NCBI GenBank assembly: GCA_029717555.1
Contig: JAMDHS010000006.1
Coordinates: 372,001-431,821 of the forward strand
Source of the DNA: Peribolospora baueri
Taxonomy: Eukaryota
DNA length: 59,821 nucleotides
Reading direction: 5' to 3'
Shown piece after piece: positions 1 to 11,389 of this stretch. Each line of letters begins with the position of its first letter. Position 1 is the stretch's first letter. A model generated the notes under the pieces. That model was not told the origin of the DNA, searched no databases, and saw nothing but the letters and a program-made list of their open reading frames with translations. A program made the translations under genes and the position numbers.

Positions 1-1159
1 TGAGGTTCGGACATGGTGGGGGTGGTTAGAAGTGCGGCCGTCCAGACGATCTCGACGCAAGCTGAGCGCGAAAGGCGACGTGGAGGAGAAGGGCGGAGGG
101 GGATGACGACGACACCGAGCTCATGCTAACGTGCCGGCACGGGCGACGCGGCCTCCGAGGCGCTTTTGGCGAAGAGCGTCAGCGGACGCGGTAGCGAAGC
201 GGTGAGGCGATTCGATGATGGGGGTGCTCTGGCTTGCGAGAAGATGATGGAGGAGCAAGATGAGCTAGCTAGCTTTGGCGTCGCCTGCGCAACAGCTAAA
301 AGAGAGCTGGGCTCCACGTGGTTAGATGATGAAGGAGGTCTGTCAGCGTTATGAGCCGGCTGTCAGTGTATCTATCATCTCGAGATATGGTTCTCCCTTG
401 TCGGCGGCTTCTCGCGGCTTCTCGGACAAGCTGCGGCAAGCATTCGGTCTGGTATCGTTCGGCGGGCCGATATGACAGGCAACCATCGACATTGGGCGAG
501 CTGGCATCCGAGCCGGGCACCGAGACGGGAGTGTCGACGGTGTGGCTCATGGATGGGCAAGGGATGGAAGTGCTTGCTCGAGGAGGTAGGCATGGATGTG
601 GGTCGCATCAGTTTATGCAGGAAGGGCGCCGACCAGCATCGAACCGGGAAGGCCGATTGCGCGCAAGTCGCCGACCCGGCTCCTGATCATCCATTACCAT
701 CGTCGCCCCGTCGCTTTTCGTCGCCGTGATGGCTGGGCGAGCGAGAGAACAGGCAGCATAGCATTGACCAGGCAATGCTCCTCTTTCTCGACCGTCTACA
801 GTAGTCCATCGCGTGTACGGCTTCCTCGCCGCTTCATCCTCTGCAGGCGTATCGCGGACAAGGCTCCAGACGCGTTCGCTCCATCTCGCCCAGACATCGG
901 ACTAGCTTGCTCTTCAGCACTCGCCGCGCGACGACCACCTCGCTCGTTCGAGTACGAGTATGAGCACGAGCACGAGCACGAGCCTCGCTGGCCCTTGCCC
1001 GTTCGTCGAGCGAAAGAAAAGAGGGGCATTTAGTCCGGATCTCATTATCGGATGGCGGGGTATACATGACCTGTCCAACCTGAGAAGCAGAAACGCATCG
1101 TAACACGACGAGTCACCACCTCTAGCCAACATATATCAAACCAGGCGTCCCGTCTATCG

Positions 1160-3129
1160 CTAAAAATCGCCCCACTCCTCATCGTCTTCCCACCCGCCGT
1201 CCTTTTTCCTCTCTGCCGAAACCTGCCTGACCTTCCTCCTGGCCCCCACGCTCCCCGAACCGGTCGTCCCAGCGGATCCGCGGAAGGACCCGGTAGAAGA
1301 GCCGATGGTGGGCCGGGGCTTCTGCCATATGTCCTCCTCATCGACGGCATTGGTCGAATCGGCGGAGCGCGGAAGGAAGGAAGTGGCGGAGGACGCAGAG
1401 GGGGGATCAACTCCGTTAGAGGCGAAAAAATCCCGCTCGGAATCGTCGCCGCCGTGTCCCGATGCCAAGAGCGATTGATACCCTCCTCCCCTAGAACCAC
1501 CAGCGTATGCCCCCCTCGCCCCGTTTGCTCCGCCGGCATGCCCATTTAGATATTCGTGCCCAGTCTCCAAAGCCTTGCCTCCGAACCGTTGCGCCTCCGC
1601 CGCCCAACCGCCTAAAGTCCCTTTGATGCCCTGTTGAAACTCGGGATCCATGACGCGCGCCGCCGTAGGTTGTACGATCTCCGAGTTCACGCGCGCCATG
1701 CCAGCTCCCACCGTCGAGGTGAACCACGACAAGCCCGAGGAGAGTGCACCCACAGGGTCGGCGCGAATATCGTCGATCGTCGGAACCGAACCCGCACCGG
1801 AGAAGGAAGCGGAGGAAGAAGGTTGCCAAGGCTCCGATCCAAAGCCTGCGTACCGCCCTCCCTGGCTCGGAGGGAGGTTGTCAGGCCGAGCGGCATTGGA
1901 GGCTCCCAAGCTTGAAAAAAACGCTTCATTGTCCGCTTTGCTGGGAGCGTTGGAGAATGGATTGGAAGCATCTCCAACGCCTCCTGGTCCTCCGGGCGAA
2001 CTTGCGCGGGCAAAGGGGCCAGACGACTCTGCGGAGAGGGTGCGGTTGACAGTGCGGTTGGCTCGCGAAGTTCGGAGACTGTTAGAAGAGGAAGGGCGTG
2101 CCTGGTCGGCTACGCTGTTAGTGGCACTGGTGGGCGGGGCGGAGGAGGGCGTCCAGGGGCGGTCCTCTACTTCTGCAGAAAGCTGTGATAAACGCCCGGG
2201 CAAGACAGAGAGGAAAGACGACATTGAGCACCCGCAGCGACTTTCCGGAGTACTCGACCCTGAACCTGACTCCGATCCGACCCACCTTCTCTCGATATTG
2301 TGAAGCGAAATGCGAGTTGTATTTCTCGGCAATGTCCATCTCGCTGGAGAAGCCGCGAGAGGATTGGAAGAATTCGAGGCATTTGGCATTGCCTCCAAGC
2401 TGAAAGAATGGAATAAATACGGAAGGAGGGGTGGTTCCGTGAGTCTCATGACGGGGAAAAAGGCGGCGCGAGGAAGTCTCGTAAAGTGCGAACCAAAACC
2501 CCCTTCATGGCAATAGAGGACAGCGCACCTTCATCTTCTTGAACTGGTCATCGGTCCATTTGTCCATAGTGAGAGACCGCACGAACCTGTATAGGACAGG
2601 ACCAACCAGACGGGAGGTGGAAATTCAGGACAGTCAAACAAAACGGTCTGAAATGGTCACTGGAGCGTGTACTCACGAAATGTGCACGCCAAGTCCACGG
2701 TGGACGCCAGAGCACTCGAGGCAGATGTACGTGCCGTGACTATTGATGTGAGCAAGGCCAAGGAAAGGGAATACATACGACTGAGCTACGTGTGCACACC
2801 CAGGTTGGCTGCGAGGATGAAAGACCGTAAAGAGGCCGGCCCTCACCTGAGAGAGGCCCATTGCGGGTTGAGAGCTCCACAGTCGAAGCATTTCTGTGCA
2901 AGGTCAAAGAAGGACGTAAGAGGGGGGGAGGACACATCATCCGGTAAGAGTCAACTGAACAAGCGGAGGGAGTGTGGAATGATCCATCCTCCCGAACGAG
3001 GGCACCTGCTGGACAGAGCGCTAGCAAGTGACCCGTACGGAGCTCTGCTGTAGCCCACTCACGCACCCTGTTTGCGCCTTGCTTCTGAAACTCCAAAAGC
3101 TGTTGCTTGTACTCTGGGGAGGACGTCAT
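1160..3129 (-). CDS. GCS1: ADP-ribosylation factor GTPase-activating protein (Gcs1/ArfGAP1-like), multi-exon
   Basis: Spliced exons give MTSSPEYKQQLLEFQKQGANR|KCFDCGALNPQWASL..GTYICLECSGVHRGLGVHIS|FVRSLTMDKW..: the ArfGAP CxxC-x16-CxxC-x4-R zinc finger. C-terminal part has GRYAGFGS and ends in acidic Trp motifs (WEDDEEWGDF). Confidence 0.9.
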
Positions 3130-3472
3130 GACGGACGGCGGCGAGGTCGAGGCGGTGGAGACGAGCCACGGGTGCCTGCTCTGTTCGGCGGCTGAGCCGA
3201 GCTGGACGAAAGGTCACTACTCACTGGCGCCCTCCGCTTGGCGAAGGCGAATAGAGCGAGGCACGTGATCGAGCAAGGCTTTGGAACGAGAAGTCACGTG
3301 CTCTACCGACCAGCGGAAAAGAGCGGCTTCTTGACGTTCGCGCAAATTTCCATGATCGCCGTCCTTCTTCTGCCTCGCTCACCCTAATCTTCCCCTTTTC
3401 TTCGGCACGCAACCCGTCGCTCTTGTCGCCGCTCTTGTATTCTTGAGCAGGCAGGCAGGACCTCGCCAGCAC

Positions 3473-6400
3473 ATGACGCGCCACCCGCTGTTGCTGGCGC
3501 AGTTTAACCTACAACTGCCGGCTCGATCGCCTTCCCTGCCCCTCACGCCGGTGTCCTTCCCTCATGCCTCCGTGCTCTCGAGGCTCCTGCGACGTCACCT
3601 TCATGATGCCTGCGGGCATAACGCACGGTATGGTACTGCCGGCGCAGATGGAGCTGACGTCGGCACAGTGGACGCGGTTGGCATCGGCGAGGCGAGCGCG
3701 CTCGCCGGTGCACAGGACGTGGCCACCCTTTTGGCGCTCGAAGGTGTTGATTCGGCAGTGGAATTGGAGCTGGGTTGGGTCGAGACGGCCAGTCGAAGGT
3801 GTCGAAACGCCGAAGTTGGTGATCCTGCCACGCTCTCTTTGCCGAGACCACGCTTGGGCGGCGCTGCCATGGACATCACCTTGCGAGGCATCGACGCTGC
3901 CGTCCAAGCTGAAATCGGTCGAGCGACAGGCCGTCCTCTGTCCACGACCACTGGCCCTTCTGGATCGAGCCAACCGAACGCGTCCATCTCCGAGCGTTCC
4001 TCGGCTTCTTCATCGCCGATGCTCGATTTTCTTTATCCCACCCTCCAGCAATTTGACTCGTCCAACTCGCAAGAGCTGCGATCTCATCAAAGTGGTAGTG
4101 CCACACGACACCGAAGTTCTTCCCCCTCCATATCTCAGACGCGCACTGTCTCGCCTTCGGCAGCCGGTCCGACAGCTGTGCATGTTTCGCGAAAGTTTTA
4201 CTCCTCCCGGGCGACCGCCACCTCCCGACTACCGCCGCCCAGAGAAGCTACCCCCTCTTCGTCCGATGAATTAGGGAGGGCGCATTGTTCAGCAACGGAA
4301 GGGTCGCCGAGGCCCGCACGCCCTCCTTCGCTCTCGGCACCCTTCTGGCGTCTTGGCGCTTTGTTGAGGCAAGGAATGGAGAAGAAGGCGGGCACTAAAG
4401 AGGAAATCCAGATGGAATGGGCGGCGAAGATAGCAGCCATCGAAGAAGCTTGGGCGCGGTGTCAGTCTGCTCTGATCGATGCGGACTTCTTGAGCAAGCG
4501 AGACGGGGCAGCATCCAAGGTTTCCGAAGACGTCGACTCTGGATCAATTATTCCGCTGACGCGGCCGGCTCTCCTATCAGCCGCTACCGCCGTCCCAGCC
4601 TTTGTCCTCCAACGAACTCGCCGCCTTTATGCAGGCCCTTTGTTGGCAACCGAAGAGCGCCAGATTCATCACATCTGGGGCGACCGCTTGCTGAGCATGC
4701 TCGATGCGTGCGAAGGCTTCGACGCTGAGGCAGGTCCGATTTGGTCGCGTCGCATTCCGATTTGGATGCTTCGCACTTGGGCTTTCGTCTTTCGTGGTGA
4801 CATGCGCGCTGCCGTCGAGCTGGTGGAGTCTCGGCTAACGTGGGATGGTAGGGCCGAGCGGTTTTCCACGGCGGCGAGCCCTCAGAGAGAGCCCAACAGT
4901 GTCAATGCTCAGTCCCAAGCGATGTCTTCAGCCGTTCATGCGCTCCTTTTCGGATGGGAGGTGTCTGCGAGGTGGGCAAACTCAAACGCCGAACAACCTT
5001 ACTTTGACGCACAGGCAAGTCGAGACGAGTATGCGACGGTCTCCAATCCTCCAACGCCTGATGAGATTACCACCTCTGCACTCCGCTGGATCTTTTCCCG
5101 GTGGGATATGCTCGAGCAAGTCATTCACTCCTCCGCCGCTGTCGTCTCTGCCCATTACAAGCTAATAGCCGGCCTGAGCTCTGCAACGCGCTTCTTGGAT
5201 GATAACATTTCCGATCGACCGCTGGATTCGACTTCAGGGGCCCTTGCGAAAACGGTTACCGGCCACGAAAGCTCAAGTCTTGGCATTTGGTCCTCCCTTT
5301 CCGCCCGTGGTGCCGCGTTCGAAATCATCTTCGCGCTCTGTAACAGGGGCTCCGCCGTCGAGGCGATGAACGTTTACGATTTCATTTTCGACAAGGGCGT
5401 TCAGGTTCCGGAGCATGTCACCCGCAAACTCGTGCGGTACCTCTCATTTGAGAAGGAGCTAGAGCTCGCCAACCGCGTGTGGGCGCGGATGAGGAGTCTT
5501 TGGTCGGATGACTCGAACGCTGCGCCGCAGACATCCTCTCGGTTGTCGTCTACGAAGCACGCCGGACTCTATTTCCAACCGTCTACGTACCGTCTTGGCG
5601 TCTGGGTCCAGGCGAAACAGGGCCGCGTCAACGAGGTAGAGTCGCTCCTGGAAGAGATGGAAGCCGGCCCGCCAAGTGTCCGACCAAGCGCCGAGTTCAC
5701 CTTCCGATCACGTTTACTCGCTTATTCCGAACGCGGAGACGTAGCTGAGTGCTTGGCGCTCTGGCAAAAACGGTTCGGCGGAAGCGACACCCAGGCTTGG
5801 CCAAACGTCAAGGAATACGGCCGTCTCATAGTCGCGTACGGGAAGCGGGACGACCTGGATGGAGCGAGTCGGGTGTTGTCTGAAATGTCGACCATAGGCA
5901 TCGAGCCGGATCGGGTGATCTTCAACGTCTTCCTTGACGCCTTCGCACGCCGCGTGGATGTGCCATCGGCCCTCGCCGTTGTCGACAAAATGCGCGCAGC
6001 CGGCATCCCCCCCAATCGGTCAAGCTACAACACGTTGCTTCACATGTTTTCCTTGCGCAAAGACCCTGCTAGCGCAAGGCAGACGATGGCGACGATGCGC
6101 AGCGACGGGTTGTATCCCGACCGGCTAGCCTGGACGGCGTACATGGACGCTAACGTCGAGGCAGGGCAATGGGACGAGGCATTGGAGGTCTACAAGTTCC
6201 TTAGGAGTCGACGGAACCGTGCATTGCGCCCCAACATTGCCACCTGCAACACGCTCCTCAAGGCCTACGTGCTTCGAGGCGCGCCTGCGCAGACAGTACT
6301 CGATGTGTTCCACGGTATCAAGGACCTCGATCTTGAGCCCAATATGCAGACCTACACCCTCCTGCTACTGAGCACCGCCGACGCCGGTGCGATGGACGTG

Positions 6401-8041
6401 GCTGAGGACATATTCATGCAAATTGTTCGACGCGGTGACGAGGTTCCGCTCGGCACCATCAAGCCTAACCTGTACACTTTCAGCGTCATGATCCACGGCT
6501 GGCTGCGCCTTGGCCAGCGCAGTAAGGCGAAGGCATACTACGACGAGATGAAGCGACGCGGCATCGAGCCCAGCCCGGTTACTTACGGCCTCATCGTCAC
6601 CGCCTACATTAAGAGCGGCTCCGAGGTTAACTTCAAGCTCGCGCGCGACATTGTGCAATCATTGATTGGCGAGCAGGTGGGCGAGAACGATATGGGCGGG
6701 GGAACGTTGATCGGCGAGCAGGTGGGCGAGGACGATGTGGGCGGGGGAACGACCATCAATCACAGTAGGACCGCTTCTTGGGACTCTCCCGCCCTGTCTC
6801 AAGGTCCCCCTTTTGAGGCCATCTTCACCCCCATTATCAATGCCTACGCAAAGCGCCTCGACCCAGGCATGGCCGAAGCGTTCTTCCGCGACATGCTCAA
6901 CCTGGGAAGTCAGACCAGCATCGCGAGCTTTACCACGCTCTTGGACGCGTACAGACGCGTTGGAGACGTCGACAGCGCCAAGCAAGTGTGGAACAAGCTT
7001 TATTCGTTCGCAATCAATATTACAAGGGAACCCACCTCTCCTGCACCCGCTGATCGCCGAGCTCTCGCCGATGGTTCTCATGCGTCTACTTCTTCCTTGG
7101 ATCCCTCTCGCCGCAACCTCTTGTGTCTACCTCTGTCGGTCATGATCGACGCACTTTCCCAAGCGGGCCTGCATGAGGACGTGGCCAGATTGTGGTCTCG
7201 TGTCCGGTCCGATGGGTTCGGCTTCGACTCTCACAACTGGAACCATCTGGCTGTGGCGTTGATAAATGCCGGTCGCGTGGACGATGCGTTCAAGGTGGTG
7301 GAGAACGTGTTGACGGAAGACGTAGCAGCTCCTTGGAGCAGCCAAAGCAGCATTTGGCAACGGTCATCGCTGGACGGAGGAGATAGATTGGGGATGGAGG
7401 AAGCAGAAGCGCGGGAAGGCAGCCGGCTGGAGGAGGACGAGTCGGACTCGAGCACCGGCGATGAGCCAGACCTCTACGGCGAACGGTCATCCAACCGCAT
7501 TTCTTCTCCCTCCCGCCCTCCCAATCGCCGTTCCCAGGTACGCGCCGACGACGACATCTCCTCGGAAGAAGCGGCGAAGAGCGTCGCTGAGCTCGGTAGC
7601 CATGCCAAGTCTTCGTCTCGAGACGAACGCTCCCGTCTTCGAACGAGCACGCCGCCCGACCTCGGAGCGGCGATGGCGGAGCAGCAAATTGTGGGGCTGG
7701 CGCGTTCGATGTGGTATCCCCACTTCAACACCCTGCACGCGCTCAGTCGTGCACTGGAGAAGTTGGCTCAGGGAAGGCCTGTTCAACGCATTGGGCCGTG
7801 GCTGAGCGGCGATGGTAGTCCTACGGAGGAGAGCTGGCCGGCGTCCGAGACGAGCGGCAGGGAGAGAAAGGCGGGGACTCGGGAGCAAGCTCTGGCGCTC
7901 TATGAGCACCTTCTCCGCACGTATCCTAATACGGTGGGCGCAGTCGCTGGGCACAGGGAAAAAGAGCGGACGAGGCTGGAAGAAGAGAAGGATCGGTTGG
8001 CAAGGGAGTCGGGCGGGAGGGGGTGGAGTGGTGGATTGTAG
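3473..8041 (+). CDS. Large pentatricopeptide-repeat (PPR) protein, probably a mitochondrial RNA maturation/translation factor (Pet309/Cya5/Ppr4-like); single exon
   Basis: Open frame of about 1520 aa from the first ATG at 3473. It has tandem ~35-aa PPR motifs (PDRVIFNVFLDAFARR, PNRSSYNTLLHMF, PNIATCNTLLKAY, PNLYTFSVMIHGW, PSPVTYGLIVTAY) and an Arg/Leu/Ser-rich N-terminus resembling a mitochondrial presequence. Confidence 0.85.
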   Translation: MTRHPLLLAQFNLQLPARSPSLPLTPVSFPHASVLSRLLRRHLHDACGHNARYGTAGADGADVGTVDAVGIGEASALAGAQDVATLLALEGVDSAVELELGWVETASRRCRNAEVGDPATLSLPRPRLGGAAMDITLRGIDAAVQAEIGRATGRPLSTTTGPSGSSQPNASISERSSASSSPMLDFLYPTLQQFDSSNSQELRSHQSGSATRHRSSSPSISQTRTVSPSAAGPTAVHVSRKFYSSRATATSRLPPPREATPSSSDELGRAHCSATEGSPRPARPPSLSAPFWRLGALLRQGMEKKAGTKEEIQMEWAAKIAAIEEAWARCQSALIDADFLSKRDGAASKVSEDVDSGSIIPLTRPALLSAATAVPAFVLQRTRRLYAGPLLATEERQIHHIWGDRLLSMLDACEGFDAEAGPIWSRRIPIWMLRTWAFVFRGDMRAAVELVESRLTWDGRAERFSTAASPQREPNSVNAQSQAMSSAVHALLFGWEVSARWANSNAEQPYFDAQASRDEYATVSNPPTPDEITTSALRWIFSRWDMLEQVIHSSAAVVSAHYKLIAGLSSATRFLDDNISDRPLDSTSGALAKTVTGHESSSLGIWSSLSARGAAFEIIFALCNRGSAVEAMNVYDFIFDKGVQVPEHVTRKLVRYLSFEKELELANRVWARMRSLWSDDSNAAPQTSSRLSSTKHAGLYFQPSTYRLGVWVQAKQGRVNEVESLLEEMEAGPPSVRPSAEFTFRSRLLAYSERGDVAECLALWQKRFGGSDTQAWPNVKEYGRLIVAYGKRDDLDGASRVLSEMSTIGIEPDRVIFNVFLDAFARRVDVPSALAVVDKMRAAGIPPNRSSYNTLLHMFSLRKDPASARQTMATMRSDGLYPDRLAWTAYMDANVEAGQWDEALEVYKFLRSRRNRALRPNIATCNTLLKAYVLRGAPAQTVLDVFHGIKDLDLEPNMQTYTLLLLSTADAGAMDVAEDIFMQIVRRGDEVPLGTIKPNLYTFSVMIHGWLRLGQRSKAKAYYDEMKRRGIEPSPVTYGLIVTAYIKSGSEVNFKLARDIVQSLIGEQVGENDMGGGTLIGEQVGEDDVGGGTTINHSRTASWDSPALSQGPPFEAIFTPIINAYAKRLDPGMAEAFFRDMLNLGSQTSIASFTTLLDAYRRVGDVDSAKQVWNKLYSFAINITREPTSPAPADRRALADGSHASTSSLDPSRRNLLCLPLSVMIDALSQAGLHEDVARLWSRVRSDGFGFDSHNWNHLAVALINAGRVDDAFKVVENVLTEDVAAPWSSQSSIWQRSSLDGGDRLGMEEAEAREGSRLEEDESDSSTGDEPDLYGERSSNRISSPSRPPNRRSQVRADDDISSEEAAKSVAELGSHAKSSSRDERSRLRTSTPPDLGAAMAEQQIVGLARSMWYPHFNTLHALSRALEKLAQGRPVQRIGPWLSGDGSPTEESWPASETSGRERKAGTREQALALYEHLLRTYPNTVGAVAGHREKERTRLEEEKDRLARESGGRGWSGGL
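6662..6751 (+). repeat. In-frame 45-bp tandem duplication inside the PPR gene
   Basis: ttgattggcgagcaggtgggcgagaacgatatgggcgggggaacg followed by ttgatcggcgagcaggtgggcgaggacgatgtgggcgggggaacg (3 mismatches). Encodes LIGEQVGENDMGGGT/LIGEQVGEDDVGGGT. Confidence 0.95.
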
Positions 8042-8099
8042 CGTTCGCTGGAGGTAGCTGGTGTGCAAATCTGGTTGTAGGTTCGGTTTTGCATTCTCT

Positions 8100-9141
8100 T
8101 CAGGACCAGGAAGTCAAAATGTGTCTTTTCTCTGGCAATCCCATCAAACGCACAGGCTTCTCTGCACTCTTTTCAGCTGACGACATCGGACCTCTTGCGT
8201 CTGACGTATGTACAATACCGAGAATAAACGCACGTACGGCCAGGGCAACACCTAGGCGAACACAATCAAATATGACATTGAGCATACCGTTGGTTCCTTC
8301 GTCTTCTTGCGTCTCGTTCTTGCTGTCCATGCGATCGACTTCAAACGATAGAGACGGGTCTCTGCGCTGAACTGTAGCCGATGCTAGGTCAAGTCAGCGC
8401 TGGCCTCGCTGAATCAGCACCCGTCACACTTGACAAGGCGAACATCAAAGGACGGATTCTCACAAGGGGTGGCATGCGATAAGGGGCCATGCCAAAGAAA
8501 TCATTCAACGTAGATCCTGAGTCGTCCAGGAATTACGGAGAGACAAACAAACAGTCAGATCAACAAAGACCACCGTGTTTGAATGGCCCCCGAGATAGCG
8601 AAAACTCAAGTAGAGAATGAGAGGGGGGAGAAAGACGGGCGCAAACAACACACCCAGTGCGTTGCGGCGATCCTTCCGGCCTCTTCGTTTGTGAGCCTGT
8701 ACTTGAGCCTGTGCCGCCAGTCATACAGAGCTTTGTGCGACAGAGCATAGGCAAGGAAATGATGAGCTTGCGAGCGAAGCTTAAGTGCGGGTCTGCCACT
8801 GCAGTTGGCAGATGCACCGAGAGTGGGAGATGGGTTCGGTCCGACTCACACATCCCAAACGCCATGCCTAGCATCCCTCCAATCCACAAGATCACTGCCA
8901 CCGTCAACATCCTCGCATCCTCTCCATCGGCGCCAGCTGTGATGTAGTACCTTCCATCGGGGGTGCGAAAGCCACCTCCCCGAGGCTGGCGTCGACCGGC
9001 AGCTTGGGCGGAGGTAGTGCTGTCAAGGCGTGACCTGATGATGGCCGTGCCTGCTCTCGATGTCACCGGCAACAAATGATTGCTATGAGGCGCCATGGCT
9101 GCTCGCCTCAGGAGAGACGGGAAATGAGGAAGAGCGGGCAT
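8100..9141 (-). CDS. Hypothetical small single-pass membrane protein, possibly mitochondrial; 3' exons uncertain
   Basis: ATG at 9141 (MPALPHFPSLLRRAAM..), a hydrophobic segment MLTVAVILWIGGMLGMAFGM, then a GTGAGT donor at 8849. The next exon reads LYDWRHRLKYRL. Further splice-like signals extend to about 8100. Confidence 0.4.
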
Positions 9142-9323
9142 CGTTGACAGGACAAGTTGATAGATGGTGATGCGAGAAGAATGATCTCCACTATTGCCTC
9201 GGTCCTTATGGAACTTCATTAGTCAGCAAGCATTTTGCGTCTATCAGTTTTTTTGCCATTCCATCGCTCAGCTCGCAACGCAGAACCAGATAACATCTTA
9301 TACAAGGGCCATCCACAGCAACG

Positions 9324-11120
9324 TTATGCCTTGCTCTTTGGCTGCGAATGGGAAGAAGCCGAGAAGGAGCGGAACAGGGGGTGAGCAAAACCTTCGTGCG
9401 CAGAGCCATCCCGACGCGTTCACCCACACCCGGACGGACCAGAGTCGCGGAGAAAAAAAAGGAATGCAACGCACCCTGCTCTCCTCGTTCTGCCCTCTCC
9501 TCAGCAAAATCCGAATCTTCCCATCTCCCTCTTCTGCCACGCCGTCCTCAAGGTTAGTCCATCCGGTGGCGACGGCGAGTGTGTCTCCGTCTGGGGAGTA
9601 AGACACGACGGAGATTGGAGAGTCATATCGCGCAAACTGTCTTATGCGCTTCTTTGCCATGGCGTCCCAGATCGAGATCATGGCGTCGCCACCCGCTGAG
9701 GCGAAGGTTCCGTGGCTGTGGGCAGTGAGCACGAGAATTCAAAACTCAGGTCGTCCGAGACTTTCGCAGTAAATGTGCCGAGCGGTAGATGGGCACTGGA
9801 TGTGAACATACCCAGGATGGAAAGCCAACGAGTTGACGGGGAAGACGGTGTCGATGCCGTCGACGGGTTGACGGTGGCACTTGAACGCGTACTTCTTCGC
9901 CTGCGCTTCTGGGGAGGGATCGAAGAACTCTACTGCCACACGGCCTTCTACGGAGGAAGTGGCGTAGCCTGAAGAGTGTGATCACGAAGGGATGGAAGGT
10001 ACGACGATTAGATGAACGCGATTGCCCATGGACGCCTGCAAGCGAGCCGTCCCGATCGCACTCTCGCGTACCCAATGTATCTCCAACTCTCACTGAACCC
10101 ACTCACCCTCTCCGCTAGGCATCGCCTTCACGTCCCGAATCATAAACTTGAGACTGCTCTCCCTCCTCTGCATAGGCTCTTGCTCTCCCTCTTTGCCAAT
10201 CTTCCTCACATCCCAAATCCAGACGTGCCTCCCTCCCATTGCCACCACGATCTTGTCATTCACCACATCCATCGCAAACACCTTGTCTGGGTGTTGCAGC
10301 ACCGCGGTCTGGGAGGTGGAGGGCGAGCGAGGGTCGAATGTCCGAACCGTCCGGTCCCACGACCCGGTTACAAGAGTGTCTGAAAATGTGCAGGGGGAGC
10401 AGGTCCAATCAAACAAACAATCCATCAACCAAGGGTACATAAAACGGGCCGGATAAGAAGATACTTAACGAATAGCCATGCCACTCACTCGCCACATTGG
10501 AGTACTTGACGCACTTGACCGCATCGTCGTGCTTGCCGATCACGTTCGTCTGGCCCGTTTCGAGGTTCAATCTGCGGAAGATAGGAAATCAAGTGGGACC
10601 AACGGAAGATGAACATTCCAGCGTCTGACATCGTAGCCTCGCCACTTGACTCACAGTCTCACTCGTCGATCCAACGCGCCGCTCGCGCCAAGCTGCCCAT
10701 CTACGAACGTTGCATCAAGCACCGCTGCGGGGTGCTGGAACGTCTGGAGAAGCTCGTCTTTGGACGTGTCGTACAGCCGGACGGACTGCAGGAGAGTGCG
10801 GGGAAGAGAACAGGCGGCGAGGGAGAAATAAATGAGCTCACGGGCTACATCAAGCTCGAAGACGTATACTGAACGCCTGCAGTACAGATCCGCACCTTGT
10901 CCCACGAAGACACGAGAAGCGAGGAAGAGCTGGAAGGATCCCAAGCGAGCCCCGACACGGGATCCGTCGGCGCCGAGCTGAGCTCGACTTCGTCTAGAAG
11001 CGCATCGGGGGGAAGAAGCACACGAGGAAGTCCGGTCAGCCAGTCGGTCGTTGCACTTTTGATTCTTCAGCCGAGCAGCGAAAGCATGAGGAGATGCAAC
11101 TGACGCTTCGTGTCCGCCAT
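9324..11120 (-). CDS. BUB3: WD40 spindle checkpoint protein Bub3, multi-exon
   Basis: Exons give [83 protein letters not shown] and [12 protein letters not shown]. The last exon is PKSKA*. The RRESSLK and KYAFKCHR motifs favour Bub3 over Rae1. Confidence 0.9.
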
Positions 11121-11389
11121 GGCCAGTCGTTGTCTTGGTGGTGGAGACGATGGTGGTGATGGTCGTTGTCGTCGTCGCCGTCGAAAAGTGCTCGCCATTC
11201 GTCGTCCATCGTAGCCGCTCTGGAAGATCGACGGGATTGCCGCAGCAGCCACGCGCCGGGGACGCGCCGCTGGACAAAGGACAAAATGAGGATCGCCATC
11301 GTCGTCTGACCACGACCGCCACCACCGTCACCTCGCTTTCCCGAACCAGGCCCTTCCTTTGGGTCCGCCCTTTTGACCCCATCGCCGCC

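Noticed and set aside
1..1100. Short ORFs and a possible minus-strand gene starting near position 13 and running off the window
   Set aside because: No recognisable protein motif. It may be the 5' UTR or promoter of a gene outside the window and cannot be supported.
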